In this document: positions 13,464 through 25,842 of the stretch, in pieces
Numbering within the stretch: the stretch's first letter is position 1
Layout: every line of letters begins with the position of its first letter
Assembly: GCA_013265495.1 (NCBI GenBank)
Contig: MU058584.1
Span: 3,600,508-3,664,507 of the forward strand
Length of the DNA: 64,000 nt
Source of the DNA: Vicugna vicugna
Lineage: Eukaryota
Direction: 5' to 3'
The notes under the pieces: model-generated
The model's input: the letters and a program-made list of their open reading frames with translations, nothing else
Databases searched by the model: none
What the model was told of the DNA's origin: nothing
Position numbers and translations under genes: made by a program

Positions 13464-13838
13464 GTATGTGAAGACGCCCCGCCACACAATCCAAGTGGAC
13501 CACATCGAGTACATGGATGAGATCGCCGCCCTGGTGGGCGCGAAGCCCAACCTGCTACTCCTCTTTCTCTCAGACCCAAAGCTGGCCATGGAGGTTTTCT
13601 TCGGCCCATGCACCCCGTACCAGTACCGCCTGCAGGGCCCAGGAAAGTGGGCTGGGGCCCGAGAGCCATCCTGACCCAGAGAGAACGGATTATCAAGCCC
13701 CTGAGGACTAGAATCACTAGTGAAGACAGTCCCGCATCCTCACAGCTCTCTTGGATAAGGATGGCACCAGGTGGCCTGGCACTTCTGGCTGCTGGGTTAG
13801 CATACTTTAGATATATTCATCGTGGTAAACAGAAATGA
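13464..13838 (+). pseudogene. FMO9P: FMO last coding exon ([16 protein letters not shown]...[23 protein letters not shown]...GKQK*) with frameshift
   Basis: Acceptor ttgtttcag. FMO homology switches frame near 13661 (ORF 13468 to ORF 13608). As written the frame stops at TGA 13672-13674; the ancestral stop is at 13836-13838. Confidence 0.93.
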
Positions 13839-13973
13839 ATGAACACTGAGTAGAAAAAGCATATAATAGCTTCTACTCATCCTGGATCCTTATGTTTTAA
13901 AATTTTGTCAGTAACGTATTCCAGTGTTATTTAGTACTGCTATAATTGCTATAGAAAATGTTGTCTAAATACT

Positions 13974-14340
13974 GTAAGATATCACTTACATGTGGAATCT
14001 AAAAAAAATACAACAAACTAGTGAATATAACAGAAAAGAAATGAACTTACAGATGTAGAGAGGGAATTAGTGGTTACCGGTGGGGAAAGGGAAAGGGGAG
14101 GGGCAAGATAGAGGTGGAGGATTAAGAGGTACAAACTATTAGATATAAAATTAGCTACAGGGATGAACTGTACAACATGGGGAATATAGCCAATATTTTA
14201 TAATAACTATAAATGGAGTATAACCTTTAAAAATTGTGAATCACTATATTGTATACCTGTACGTATAATACTGTACATCAACTATACTTCAATTTAAAAA
14301 AATGACATTGTAAAATAAATACATAAATAAAGTTTGAAAA
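13974..14340 (+). mobile_element. L1 3' end with 21-bp TSD in the FMO 3'UTR region
   Basis: TSD agaaaatgttgtcta(a/g)atact at 13953-13973 and 14341-14361; atatcacttacatgtggaatctaaaaaa; A-rich tail. Confidence 0.88.
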
Positions 14341-14954
14341 AGAAAATGTTGTCTAGATACTCTTTACAAATAGATTTCTTAAAAAACATGTATTTATCAT
14401 TCTTCTAGTAGTAATATGAATGCACAAGAAAAGCTTATCATTAAAAGGAATCCTGTCTCAGCCTTAAGAATGTTTTGCAACTTAAAGTGTACCTGAATTG
14501 GTTTCACAAGGCTCGATTCGCCTTATAAGAACTGATAAATAAAATTTTACTTAGTCATTTTATTTTCAGTGTTACTCTTTTCTTCCTTCTGAGTAATTCT
14601 ATCAAATTCTCATCCAGAATGAAAGCTGAAAAAATTTTTAATTAAGATTTTATCTTTCTATGCTTATGTTTACTGCATGAGCATAAAAAAGTCACACGGA
14701 AAAATTAAAAGTCACAAGGAAAAATATTTTAGGCTTTCACTAGAAATGAAAAATGCTTTTCTTTTAAATTGTTTTGCAAGCAACCATTTTGAAGAAACAG
14801 CTAAAGAAAAAAGTACTATATATTTCAGACATTTCAATAAATTACTCTAAGCCTTCAATATTAAGAAATTATATTATATAAGCAATTCTATTCTATTAGT
14901 AACTATAGTATATTAAGATGAAGTCTGTACTGATATCCAATTACCAAATCAAAA

Positions 14955-15277
14955 GTCCTTATACGGGGAAGGGGGAGGCATGAGAATCAGAGGACACGTG
15001 ATGGAGACAGCAGAGATCGAGTGATGCTGTTGCTGGCTTTGAAGAAGTTAAGAGGGCCACGGGTCAAGGAGCGTAGACAGCCTCAAGAATCTGGAAGAAG
15101 CAAGGAAATGAATTACCTACCCTCTAAAATCTCAGGAAGGAATACAGAACAGTCAGCACCTTGGTTTTAGCCCAATTGAGTTTTCTAACCTCCAGAGCTG
15201 TAAGGTAACAAATTTGTATTAGTTAAGTCATCAAATGTGTGGCAATTCGTTGCAGCAGTGGTAAGAAACTAATACTG
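14955..15277 (+). mobile_element. MaLR LTR fragment (MLT1C/D-like)
   Basis: Contains ttgctggctttgaaga, ctaacctccagagctgtaag and gcagcagtggtaagaaactaatac. Confidence 0.75.
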
Positions 15278-16922
15278 TCTAGGCATAGAAAGACATTAGT
15301 TAAAATATTATATGTGTGTGTTTATATATATATAGTATATATACAAGCTGTTGATTTAAAAAACGATGCTTATGTTTATAATTATTGCACATTAGTGACT
15401 CTAAAGAATGTGCCTTAATTTTGAAAGTAAAATGCCTTAGTTCTTCAGTTTTCCTTTATCCTTTCTTAATGACTTCTTTGCACTGGATTTTATAATCATC
15501 TTCCTGTTGGTCAGTAAAGCTCACATTAAAGTAATATGCGTAATATTTTTACTCCAGAATTAAAAGTAGATAGCCAAATATAGTATAGCTAATTATAAAA
15601 CATTTAAAAATATATATTATTTGGTTTCATCCTATCGTAGGTGGATAAAGATTGGTGTTTTTTAAGGGTTAATCTACTTTTTGAATAAAGGAATGAACAA
15701 CAACTTTGAGGGGGGAAAGACAGAGGCTTAGAGATGGTTAGAAAGCAGGTCTAAAGGTGGATCTGGGACCTTTCTTGCTGAATCCTGCTCCTCTACATAT
15801 AGTTCATCACGCCACACCCCCGCTACACTACACTGGTGTGGTTTGGTACCCCTTTCAGATTTCCATTTGTCTGCTCTCCCACAGACTTCTAAACAGCTTT
15901 GTAAATTTTCACCCAAATTACTGAATGCTTTTTTTATTTAGGATTTTTTTTTCCTAGTAGCTTAGCTCCTTTCTAACTGTTGCTTCCTTTACTGTACAAA
16001 ACATGTGGGTTTATGCAGTTCTCACTCAATAGTGCACATGTTGAAAGATAAGTTATACAAAAACAACTTATGAGTGTTGACTACTTTTATAAATAGTATG
16101 TTTCAAAGAACAAGGTGTAGTCAAATGAATCTTGGCTCATGAATGCTAATTTACTTTATAATGGCACATGTGTTTCAAGAACAAGCTCGTCTCAGATGAA
16201 TCCTAATTAATGAACTAATTTTTAACAATACAAGTCCTACAAGAACAGGATGTACCCGGACGAGTTCTCCTGGGTAAGTGAGCCTTTTCTCACACCCACC
16301 CATCTCCCAAAGACTGATGTTTCAAAACCCCCTCCTTGACTCCTCTCTTACGGCCTGCACCCCCTCCGCAGATGATGTCAATCAGGATGAAGCTTCAGCT
16401 GCAATTTGATGACTTCCAAATCTTGATCCTCCAGCATAGGATTCTTTCTTGTTTATACCTCATGTTTATACCTGCCTTCTGAACAACTCCCACAGGCACC
16501 TCACACTCTCATTTCTAAAACTGAACTCGATTTATTTCCATTAAAACAATTTCCCAAGTACATCAGTTCATCTTGACCCCACATCTTTGTACAGGGTATT
16601 CTGTTTGAAAAACTCTTTCCCTCTTAGCTGCCTGGTAAGCTGCTATTCATCCCTCAAAACCTGGCTAAAACTCCATCTCCTTTAAGAACTGTTTCCTGAC
16701 CCTTACTTCCCTAACCCAAGCAGAATTAGGGAGTTCGTATGACATTATGAAGAAGCAAAAAGAGAAAAGATGAGAAGTCTGGCTACTTGCTGCTGTGTTT
16801 TGTTTATAATGAGAATGGGCTGAAAACAGTGACTCACTGTCCTATCGGGGAAAAATAGACAATGAATTACTGAACCAGTTGCAGTCCATCCTCCCAAGTC
16901 TCCTTCATTCTGTTAATGGCTC

Positions 16923-17380
16923 TGTTAGGTTCTCATTACTGCTGTAATAAATTACCACAAACTCAGCAGCTTAAAACAAGATGAATTTATTATCTTACAG
17001 TTTTGGAGTTTAGAAGTTCAAAATCAGTTTCACCAGGATAAAATCAAGGTGTCAGCAGGGCTGTGTTCCTTCTGGGGACTCTAACAGACAATCTGTTTCT
17101 TGCCTTTTCCAGCTTCTAGAGACTTCTTCCATTCCTTGATTTGAGACGAACTCTTCCATCTTCACAGCCAGCAGCAAAGCATTTCCTTCCTCCCTGAGCT
17201 TTACTTCCATTCTCACATCTCTCTCTGATTCTAATCCTCTGCCTCCTTCTTATAAGGACCTATGTGAAGGACTGGGCCCACACGGATAATCCAGGCTACT
17301 CCCCCCATATCAAGATCCTTAACTCAGTCTCACCTACAAAGCCTTCTTTTTGCCACATAAGTTATTATACTCATAGGTTC
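16923..17380 (-). mobile_element. MaLR LTR (MLT1C/D-like)
   Basis: Contains ctgctgtaataaattaccacaaactcagcagcttaaaacaa and aatcaaggtgtcagcagggctgtgttccttctgg. Confidence 0.8.
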
Positions 17381-17455
17381 TCTTTTTCTTAATTGAAGTA
17401 TAGTTGAAGTACAATTGTGTATTAGTTTCAGGTGTACAGAAAAGTGATTCAGTTT

Positions 17456-17495
<40 letters not shown>

Positions 17496-17800
17496 TACAC
17501 GCACACACACACTCTGTTAGCAACTTTCAAACATGCAATACAGTATTACTAACTAAAGTCATTGCTGTGCATTACATGCCTAGGATTTATTTTATAACTG
17601 GAGGTTTGTACCTTTTGATCACCTTCATTGATTCCCCTCACTCCTTGCCTCCTTTTCAACTCCATATATAAGTGAGATCATATGTCATTTCTCTGTATGA
17701 CTTATTTCACTTAGTATAATGTCCTTGAGGTCCATTCCTATTGCTGCAAATGGCAAGATTTCCTTCTTTTTTATGGCTGAATAATATTCTATTGTGTATG
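17381..17800 (-). mobile_element. L1 3' end containing a (TA)n(CA)n microsatellite
   Basis: ttaattgaagtatagttga...ttatggctgaataatattctattgtgtat; microsatellite near 17456-17512. Confidence 0.8.
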
Positions 17801-18019
17801 CCTTTTTGATTTCTTTATCTGAAAAAGTAGTATTTCAATATTTAAATATTACAGCAAAAAAAAAAAACCCTACAGTATATGGTATATCCTAAATAGCTTT
17901 CAGCTGTACCACCTCAAATCTTCATTGAATAAAGTTTTAGCAGCATCATTTGTAACTCTTCTTGCACATTTAATTTTCCAAAAATGTAAGCAGTGAGAGG
18001 GGTCAAGACACACATTGTG

Positions 18020-18245
18020 ACTGAAAGCTTAGGGTCCAAAGTCAGACTGACGTGGGTTCAAATCTCAGCCCTACCTCTTATTACTATGCAACATGGGGCA
18101 AGCTGCCTCACCCAACCAAGTCTCCATGTCCACATCTGTGACATATGGGTAACAGCCCCTACCTCACAGAAGAGTCATGACTATGAGAAGAATAAAGTAT
18201 GAATGGTGCATCTTAGCATTGTGCCTGATAAGTGTCAGATACAAA
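18020..18245 (+). mobile_element. MIR
   Basis: gggttcaaatctcagccctacctcttattact and cacatctgtgacatatgggtaacagcccctacctcacag. Confidence 0.7.
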
Positions 18246-19759
18246 TGTGATTATAATTTTCTGCTGCATTCCTATCCTCCCGAGGAGGTCAGAAATGCAT
18301 GTTAGATCTTGATCTTTGACAGATGGCATGAACAAGGCTATTGAGGCAGCATGGACAACAGAAGCCCCCCTGAACTCATGCAACGTGCCAGAAAGTTTAT
18401 CCAAGCCACGTCTGGGAAATACCTGGAGAAAATAGTTTTCAACTTCTTTAAATCCTCCATACTTCTGCTTAGAGAACTTACAAATGTACTTTTCTGAATC
18501 CTTAAGCTTCCCAATAATTATTGTCCTCTTCTACACTGAAGATGCCCACCAAAAATGTTAATTTTGATGATAAGTTGATTTTATGAAAGCTAAAAAAACA
18601 AAAATTGGTTGAACATATCCTAGAAATAAAAATTTTATTGGAAATGAGGATGTGGACCCAAATTTTCAAACACCTTTTCTGTTTCAAAGGCATTTGGGCA
18701 TGGTGGCAGTAGCATGTGAATGCAGGGACCAGGTAAGGAATATTCTGCTGTCCCTGGTTCTCTAGACAACTCAGACACTATAGGGTGAGAAGGTTGAGCA
18801 ACGTATTTGAAGAACCAGGACTAGATATAAACTCCAGGATCTTTCCTTTCAGGATGAATGAACTATCAGATCCATTAGGAAGCCACAAAAAAATACCCTC
18901 AATCAGAAGAACGCATTGCTGAGAATAGGAGACTGGTTCAGTCCATTCCAGAGAGACCCCCTCAAACAAATGGGTCCTTCTGTAGGGCATGAAAAAGCCT
19001 CCACCCTGTCTTTCTTCTCAGATAATACCCAGCAAGGAACTTAAACATTTCTGACTAAATAAGGCCCATTGGGTGGCCCCATGCCCGAGGGGAGTAAATG
19101 AATAAGAAGACACATTATAAGCTTAGTGTTTTTGACACGTAGTTTCCCCTGACTCTTCGAAGGAGTCTATTTCCAAATAATAAAGATGTGAAACAATTTG
19201 AAACCTGAACTAATTACTTTATATAATGTTCTTTAGATGCCAGGATGCATTGAAACCCCTTCATGTTTGAAGTGATGAAACAGACAGGTACAGTTGGCTG
19301 GCCTAAGGCACCACAGTGAATAGGGATTAAGAGGCAGGAACACCCAAAGTGGATCCTATAGTTTGAATTACACAGCTGCGCTGTCTCTGTTTCCAAAGCC
19401 TTGAAGGAAATCGTAGCCAATCAGTAAGTCAGTAACTCCAGTGCTGTGGGAGGTGGGGGCACCAGCTGTCTGGTACTGTCTTTCCTGCAATGATACCTCA
19501 ACGACAGGTCCCAGGTTTTCCCAGGTCATGGGAATTCAAGGGGATATGACAGTGGGTGGTTCATCGCTTGGTACCACAGCTGGATACAATTCAAAGCATG
19601 AATGGGTCCTTATAGTCTCAGAAAATCCTTCCCTTAGCTGGCTCAGGCATCCTGTTTAATTAGTAAACAAAGCCAGCTGAAGCATGATCCTATTCTGAAC
19701 CCAAAGGAAGTACTGTTGTTCTTACACGGTGCTAGCAGTATTTCCCACGTGTGCGATTT

Positions 19760-20035
19760 CATTCATGCATATTCATTCATCAGTACAACAGACATTTCTC
19801 AGCTCCATGTGCTGTCCTAGGCACTAGGGATACAGCAGGAAACAAGACAAGCAAAATCCCTTTGTAGTGTGGAGACACATAGTGTAGGGGGAGACAGACA
19901 CTAAACAGACAGATGAGCATAATGCCAAGGAGGGGAAAGGACCAGGAGGAAACACCAAGCTTTATTAAATAAAATGACCCAGGAAGGACACTCTGAGGAA
20001 GAACACTACAGCGGAGACCTGAATGAAGTGAGAAA
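19760..20035 (-). mobile_element. L2 3' fragment
   Basis: attcattcatcagtacaacagacattt and ctaggcactagggatacagcagg. Confidence 0.65.
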
Positions 20036-23000
20036 GGCAAAAACTAGGAGCAACCTGGTGTCTAGTCCTTCTCATTCTTTTTCGTATAACTACTCCAACA
20101 ATTTTTCTGCAAAAATTGGAACATACCAGACCTGCTTTCTTCCTACTAAACTTCCACCATTTACTTCAGTAACCCACCACTTGTTGGAATGTAGTTTGTT
20201 TCAACATATTAGAGTTTATAAAAAAAATTGACTGAATAGTAATTATTAATTATAAAATAGTAGATAGTGAATATGTTAAATAAATAAAAAGCCTAAAGGC
20301 TAGAAAACCTGTCTATAGTACAACCAAAGGTCATTGTCATGTTGACCAGTTTACTCTTAGTCAATTACTGCACGTCATCCAGAGCATTCCTTTACAGTAC
20401 CTGTGGGTTCCCCTACTATTTCCCCATACCTGTCAGCATTGCCGTCACCTCCATAATCAATCATCACCAGGAGAGCCTTTGTGCCCCTCCAACACAAAGG
20501 AAATAATTCAAGAGCTACTGTTTGTGGCATCAGGAATCAAGAACATCTGAGCAGGAAACATCGCCTGGCTCCCCTCCTCAAACAGACAAGTCCCTTCCTG
20601 ATAGCAAAATATACCTGGAACCTTCCTAAACCCTGTGGAAATTCTACCTCAGCCTACACTGTGGATCTACACCCCCTGTGGATCTACACCCCCTCATCCA
20701 TCCACTTTCTGTCACATCCTGTCCTGCTCATCTGTACCCCAGCCTTGAAAACTTGAGAAGGTGACCTAGAGGCATGACACAAGAAGTACTGAGTTCCCAT
20801 GGGATGCAGTCCACTCTGTCACCTGGTACAATGGGAGGGTGTGAGCTGAAAGAAGAGTCATGGGACTCCCAATGTACACATTCCCACCCCTTTCCCATCC
20901 TGGCAACAATTTAAAAAGAGAGAGCCACGGGAACCTCATGACTGCATCTTCCCTTAACGAATCAGGGCTTCTCAGGGACGTTGGAGCCCAGCTGCACCTG
21001 TGGCACAAAGTCTAAAGAAGAGAGGACTCCCTGCCCATCTCTCTGTGGGCTGACTCACTAGGCTGTCACCCCAGCCTCTCCTCCCCAGCTTGTTCCCCAC
21101 TTACCAGTCCCCTTCATTGAGGAATTATTTGTAGCCCCCAGCCCATCACTGTGGTTGCCTTTGGTACCGTCTCATCTGGGCAGCCTTCCAAACTCCCTTA
21201 GTTATTTTGGACCTTAGCTTTCTAGCAAAGTGTTGTTTTGTTTACTCCTTTCCCACCAAAAAAAAAAAAAAAGGAAAAAGAGGAAAACCTCATAAAATAT
21301 AGCTATCTAGAGTCTTTTCAGACAAGGATGGACAGCCCCTAGTTCAATGAAACATACAAACCTTTTTAAAGTTGAAACTAAATGTATAAATAACATATAT
21401 CGGAGTATAGGTATTTGATTTAAATGTATCAGAGAAACTGTATCTCTGTAGGCGTGCTGAATATGAATTGTCACATTCAAGTAATTTGGATAAAAACATT
21501 TTCCCTTCTTTTCCCAGTATAAGGATGTCTGTGAATTATGAAACTGCAGAATTTGTTCCAAATTGGAAAGAGACTTGGAAAGGGAAAAACAGAGGGGCAG
21601 CAGGTGGGTGGAAGAAGCATTGCTACAGGAATCTTTCTGGAAACTTGTTTCCATTTTAACATGAGTGGTGGATGAGCACACACTTCCACCTGGTGGCAGG
21701 ATTCTGACTCGCAGAGGCAGTCTTAAAACAAGGTTACAAAGCACCTTCTGAGGCTGCATGTGCAATATTATGATTATGAAACGCATCCTGTTAATGCCAT
21801 CTAAGTTGACCTTTCAAGACAAATCTAGGTTAGTAATGACAAAACGTATGGACAAAAACTGGGACAAGAGAGAGAGCCCACTTAGAACCTTCTGAGATGA
21901 CAGAATGATATAAACTCATTCTCCAATGATGGACTTCTGCCTTTTCCATTGTCTTCAGTTCGGTGCAAAGGCAGACCTCCAAGGAAGCCCCAGTGAATGA
22001 CCCAACGCGATAGCAGGGCCAAAGCAATACACTAGGCAAAGCAAACACCCCTGTGGATGTTTCCAACAAAACCCTTCCCAGAGACAGCTTTGTTTAAATA
22101 AATGTCACGTAATTTCCAAGGAATGCCGGTTAATGTTTAACAAGATATTCTTGGTCTCATTTTTTTGCATGAACACACTGAAGTCAGGAGCTAGAGATTG
22201 AGGAGAGGAGATGGGACCAGGAATTGACTGGCTCAACACTGGTAGCTTCTGGAGCTCCTGCCAGGCCAAAATGGTGGTGTAATAATGTCCAGCAGCAGGA
22301 TTCCCCACCTCACATTGGGAAGTAACTTATAAGACTGACTGCAGAGAGCATCAGGGTTTTGTGCAAACAGAAGCTTCTTAAAGGACAAAGTCAGAGGCAC
22401 AGAAGTCAAGCTGAAACCCCCAGGGATCTGGAGGCTAAGAACACGGACACCTCTGGCCTTGCTAGTTGTCACAGTCTCGCATTATCGTGATCAGAAAGCG
22501 ATGCTGAGGAATGTCCTTGCCTCGGGGACATACAAAAGGGCTCACGTGGGCACTGACATTCTCATCTTTCAACCCATTAGTCAGCGTTTCTCTAAAGAAT
22601 GTATGCTATTTCTCCAAAAGGATTTCCATGCTACTCTTTAAAGAATTAATATAAGGAGATTTGAGGTCATCTGGGTGACCAGTGACCAAATTTGCTTGTG
22701 TCCATGAATGCTGTGGTGCCTAAAAGAACAGGTTCTTAATTGTCTCAGAGCAGCTAATTAGAATGTAATACGTAAGTGATAAACAACCAAGTGAAGGCAA
22801 AACAAAGTTTCTGTAGTAAGGAGGGAAAAGTAAAATTTTACAAAGAGAGAGAGAGAGGAGGAAACAGTTAACTTGTCACACAGCACACAGTGATGCAGCC
22901 ATGCCGATGCCAAAAGAACCACAGTGGTTCATACTGAAGCATTTAGAGTAAGAACTAATACGTGGTTTATTGTACAGTTAAATCCATCATGAATGCCACA

Positions 23001-25279
23001 TTTGTCAGGTCCTCTGTAGTATGAGGCTAAATTAAGCAAACAAGAGGACATTTTGACAAATGTGCAGGACTGCCTAACGTAGGACAGACACACAGTCTGA
23101 CCTCCAGAAACTGGAAAACTGCTCAAAGCTCAGAAGGACCCTCTCCCTCGCCCGTCTCTGCTCTGACCACAGATTCCTTCTCCCCTCTCTCTATAGATCA
23201 TCTTCCTCTGCTCCCAGCCTACAGTGTGGGATATGATTGTCCATCACTTCGCAGCTTAAGTTAATAGGCCCAGTAGCATGAGGGGAATGTGCTTCTCAAT
23301 TTCTGTTCTAAATTTCCAGTGACTGGATTAGGTCAACTTGGTTCAAATTTTTACCCCTAAGCCAAGCAACCACGGCTTTATGAAGAAGGCAGAGATATTT
23401 TATACCCACATGGCAGCTGGGAGCCCATGCCATGAATTGAGAGGGGGCAGTTAAGAAAGTTGCTGAAAGTTAGGCAGTTCTCTACAAATATATTCACAGT
23501 AAATAATATATAGGGGTTCTGATTTTTGTGCAGTGAGTGCATGGAGAGAAAAACAAAGCTTCCTCTCTGCGAAATCTTGGAAACACTACTTTCTTATAAG
23601 GATTGCAATGAATTCTAACCCTGTTTTCATTTGCTTAAAGGTTAAGCGTGGGTCCTCTTCAACTATATTTCTCTCTTCCTCTAAAATTTTCTGCTAAATC
23701 TCTGCCATTTAGTTCCTTAGGAATGGCTTCTCTCTTCACCAGCATGATCCTGGAGCTGCCCCTAGCCCCTCTGAGCTCTGTCCCAGGTACTTCTGCGTTC
23801 TCCAGGAGCCACTGTGTTCTTTCTTCTGCCTCTGGCTTCCCGGGGTCAGCTTCTTCACTGGACCTAGCCTGAATTAGGGGCCAGGACACTTCCTCTGTAT
23901 CACCCACAAGATGCACAGTTACTCCAACCAACAACCACTCAACAACCTGTGGGTACCACAGATGCTGCAGATACAGGAAGCAATGACCTCATCTACAAAT
24001 CTGCCCAGTCTCTTCCGTTTTTGGATTGAGAGCAAGCCCCACAGAGCATAGGAGGTTGGGAGCATGTTTTTAAGCTTATGACTTTTTGAATTCACGCGCC
24101 ACAGATTAAAGAAACTTAAAAAACTAGAAAAGGGTGAGCAGTGTGATGTTTTATGCAGGTAGTCATTTCAGAATATTTTACTACAATTTCCGATTTCAAT
24201 TGTGATGAGAATGATTGGTTCTGCCCTAGTAGAAGTGATTGGCTCTACATAAGATGACCAGATGGGCAATCTCCCCCTCATAGAGCAGGTGCGCCTCCAC
24301 TCTGTACTTCCCTTGTATAATATCTTGAAGTGTCTTGTCAGGCTGTTTTCTGCTACCCAAAAAGAGGACAGAGACCATGTCTTTGCCTCTTTTTATCCCC
24401 ATCACCTAGAAAAGTTAGCAGCGCATAGCAAGTGCTATATATACATTTACTTGGTGAATGGAAAAAAAAAAGAAACAACTACAAAAGGCTTCTATAAGAA
24501 GCAGGATTACGATCGCTAAACAGATGCAAGTAAAATAAACCCCACACTTGGGACACATTTTTAAAAATGCACTCCCAGCCACGTATAACTTGTGAATTTT
24601 GAGTGCTCTCTGACAGGTAGGAAGGACTGTGCAGCTGCTTTGAAATAATGCAGAGATCTAGATGTTTTTATAATGAGACAAGAATATTTCTTTTCACTGC
24701 TGACAACTGTTTACATTTTTCCACTGTGAGGTTAACCTCATCTTGTACCTTGTCATTTGTCCCTCTTTCGCAGAGCTAAACCCTCTGTCTATAAATGTAT
24801 ACAACCATAATCCCATGAGCTTCGCAAGGACAGCTTGACAGTTTTGACTGAGTAACATAATATTTAATAGCTCAAGGGGGAGCTGATAAAGAAGTAATTA
24901 AGAGAGAATAGATTTGCCCAAGCAGATAAAAATTCTTCCCATAGCATAGTTTGCTAACTACAAAGGTAGGACTTAATAAATTTAGAGATAAATATTAGAG
25001 ATAATTAGCTTCTGGGCCCTTTCAAAAATAAGCTGAAAAGAAATTTGCGCTTAAACCCACTGAACGTAATTAATGTCAGTTACATCTCAGTTTCCTCATT
25101 TCTAGGTGTTTGTAGTTTCTTAAAAGATGATCAGAAAATGCTAGAGTATGTTTAACTTTGAAGCACTGAATTCTTTCAGTATTTGTGGAGCCTACAACAT
25201 TCTATACACTGTCCTTGACCCTGGGGTACAAAAATGAGTAAGACATGGCCTCTGCTCTCAAGAAGCTTACAATCTAGGG

Positions 25280-25443
25280 CAGATGAGCTTGTGATTCTAT
25301 TTTCTTCTTTTCTTTCTTTTCTTTTCTTTTCTTTTCTTTCCTTTCTTCCTTCCTTCCTTCCTTCCTTCCTTCCTTCCTACTTTCTTTCTTTTCTCTTCTT
25401 TCCTTCCTTCCTTCCTTCCTCTCTTTCTTTCTTTCTTTTTCTT

Positions 25444-25478
<35 letters not shown>

Positions 25479-25610
25479 CTCTTTCTTTCTTTCTTTCTTT
25501 CTTTCTTCCTTCCTTCCTTCCTTCCTTCCTTTCTTTCTTTCTTTTTCTTTCCCTTTCTCTTTCTCTTTCTTTCTTTCTGTCTTTTCTTTCTTTCTTTCTT
25601 TCTTTCTTTC

Positions 25611-25641
<31 letters not shown>

Positions 25642-25749
25642 CTCTCTCTCTCTTTCTTTCTTTTTCTCTTTTTTTTTCTTTCTTTCTTTTTTCTTTTCTT
25701 TCTTTCTTTCTTTCTTTTTTTCTTTCTTTCTTTCTTTCTTTCTTTCTTG

Positions 25750-25782
<33 letters not shown>

Positions 25783-25835
25783 TTCCTTCCTTCCTTCCTT
25801 CCTTCCTTTCTTCCTTTCTTTCTTTCTTTCTTTCT
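25280..25835 (+). repeat. ~550-bp compound (TTTC)n/(TTCC)n/(TC)n polypyrimidine tract
   Basis: Seen directly; contiguous with the tail of the adjacent SINE. Confidence 0.97.
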
Positions 25836-25842
25836 AAAAAAA

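Larger units (their letters stand above)
1052..13838 (+). pseudogene. FMO9P: Flavin-containing monooxygenase pseudogene, FMO9-like (unprocessed; ATG/FAD-binding exon lies upstream of the window)
   Basis: Seven GT-AG exons of 189, 163, 143, 200, 353, 73 and 375 nt with FMO-typical sizes and phases. Motifs [11 protein letters not shown] (FxGxxxHxxxY), GTGNSG and FATGY, plus a hydrophobic C-terminal anchor. Lesions: TGA 2550-2552, TGA 5775-5777, 1-bp deletion near 13661. Paralog assignment is from recalled similarity to mouse Fmo9 ([34 protein letters not shown]) and position next to POGK. Confidence 0.88.

Noticed and set aside
18330..18422. Minus-strand acceptor followed by GTATTTCCCAGACGTGGCTTGGATA, reminiscent of FMO VFLSTRRGAWI
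   Set aside because: Needs two gaps within 25 nt and similarity does not continue; treated as chance unless tblastn supports it.
21307..21786. 159-aa minus-strand ORF
   Set aside because: No recognisable homology or exon context; compatible with a chance ORF.
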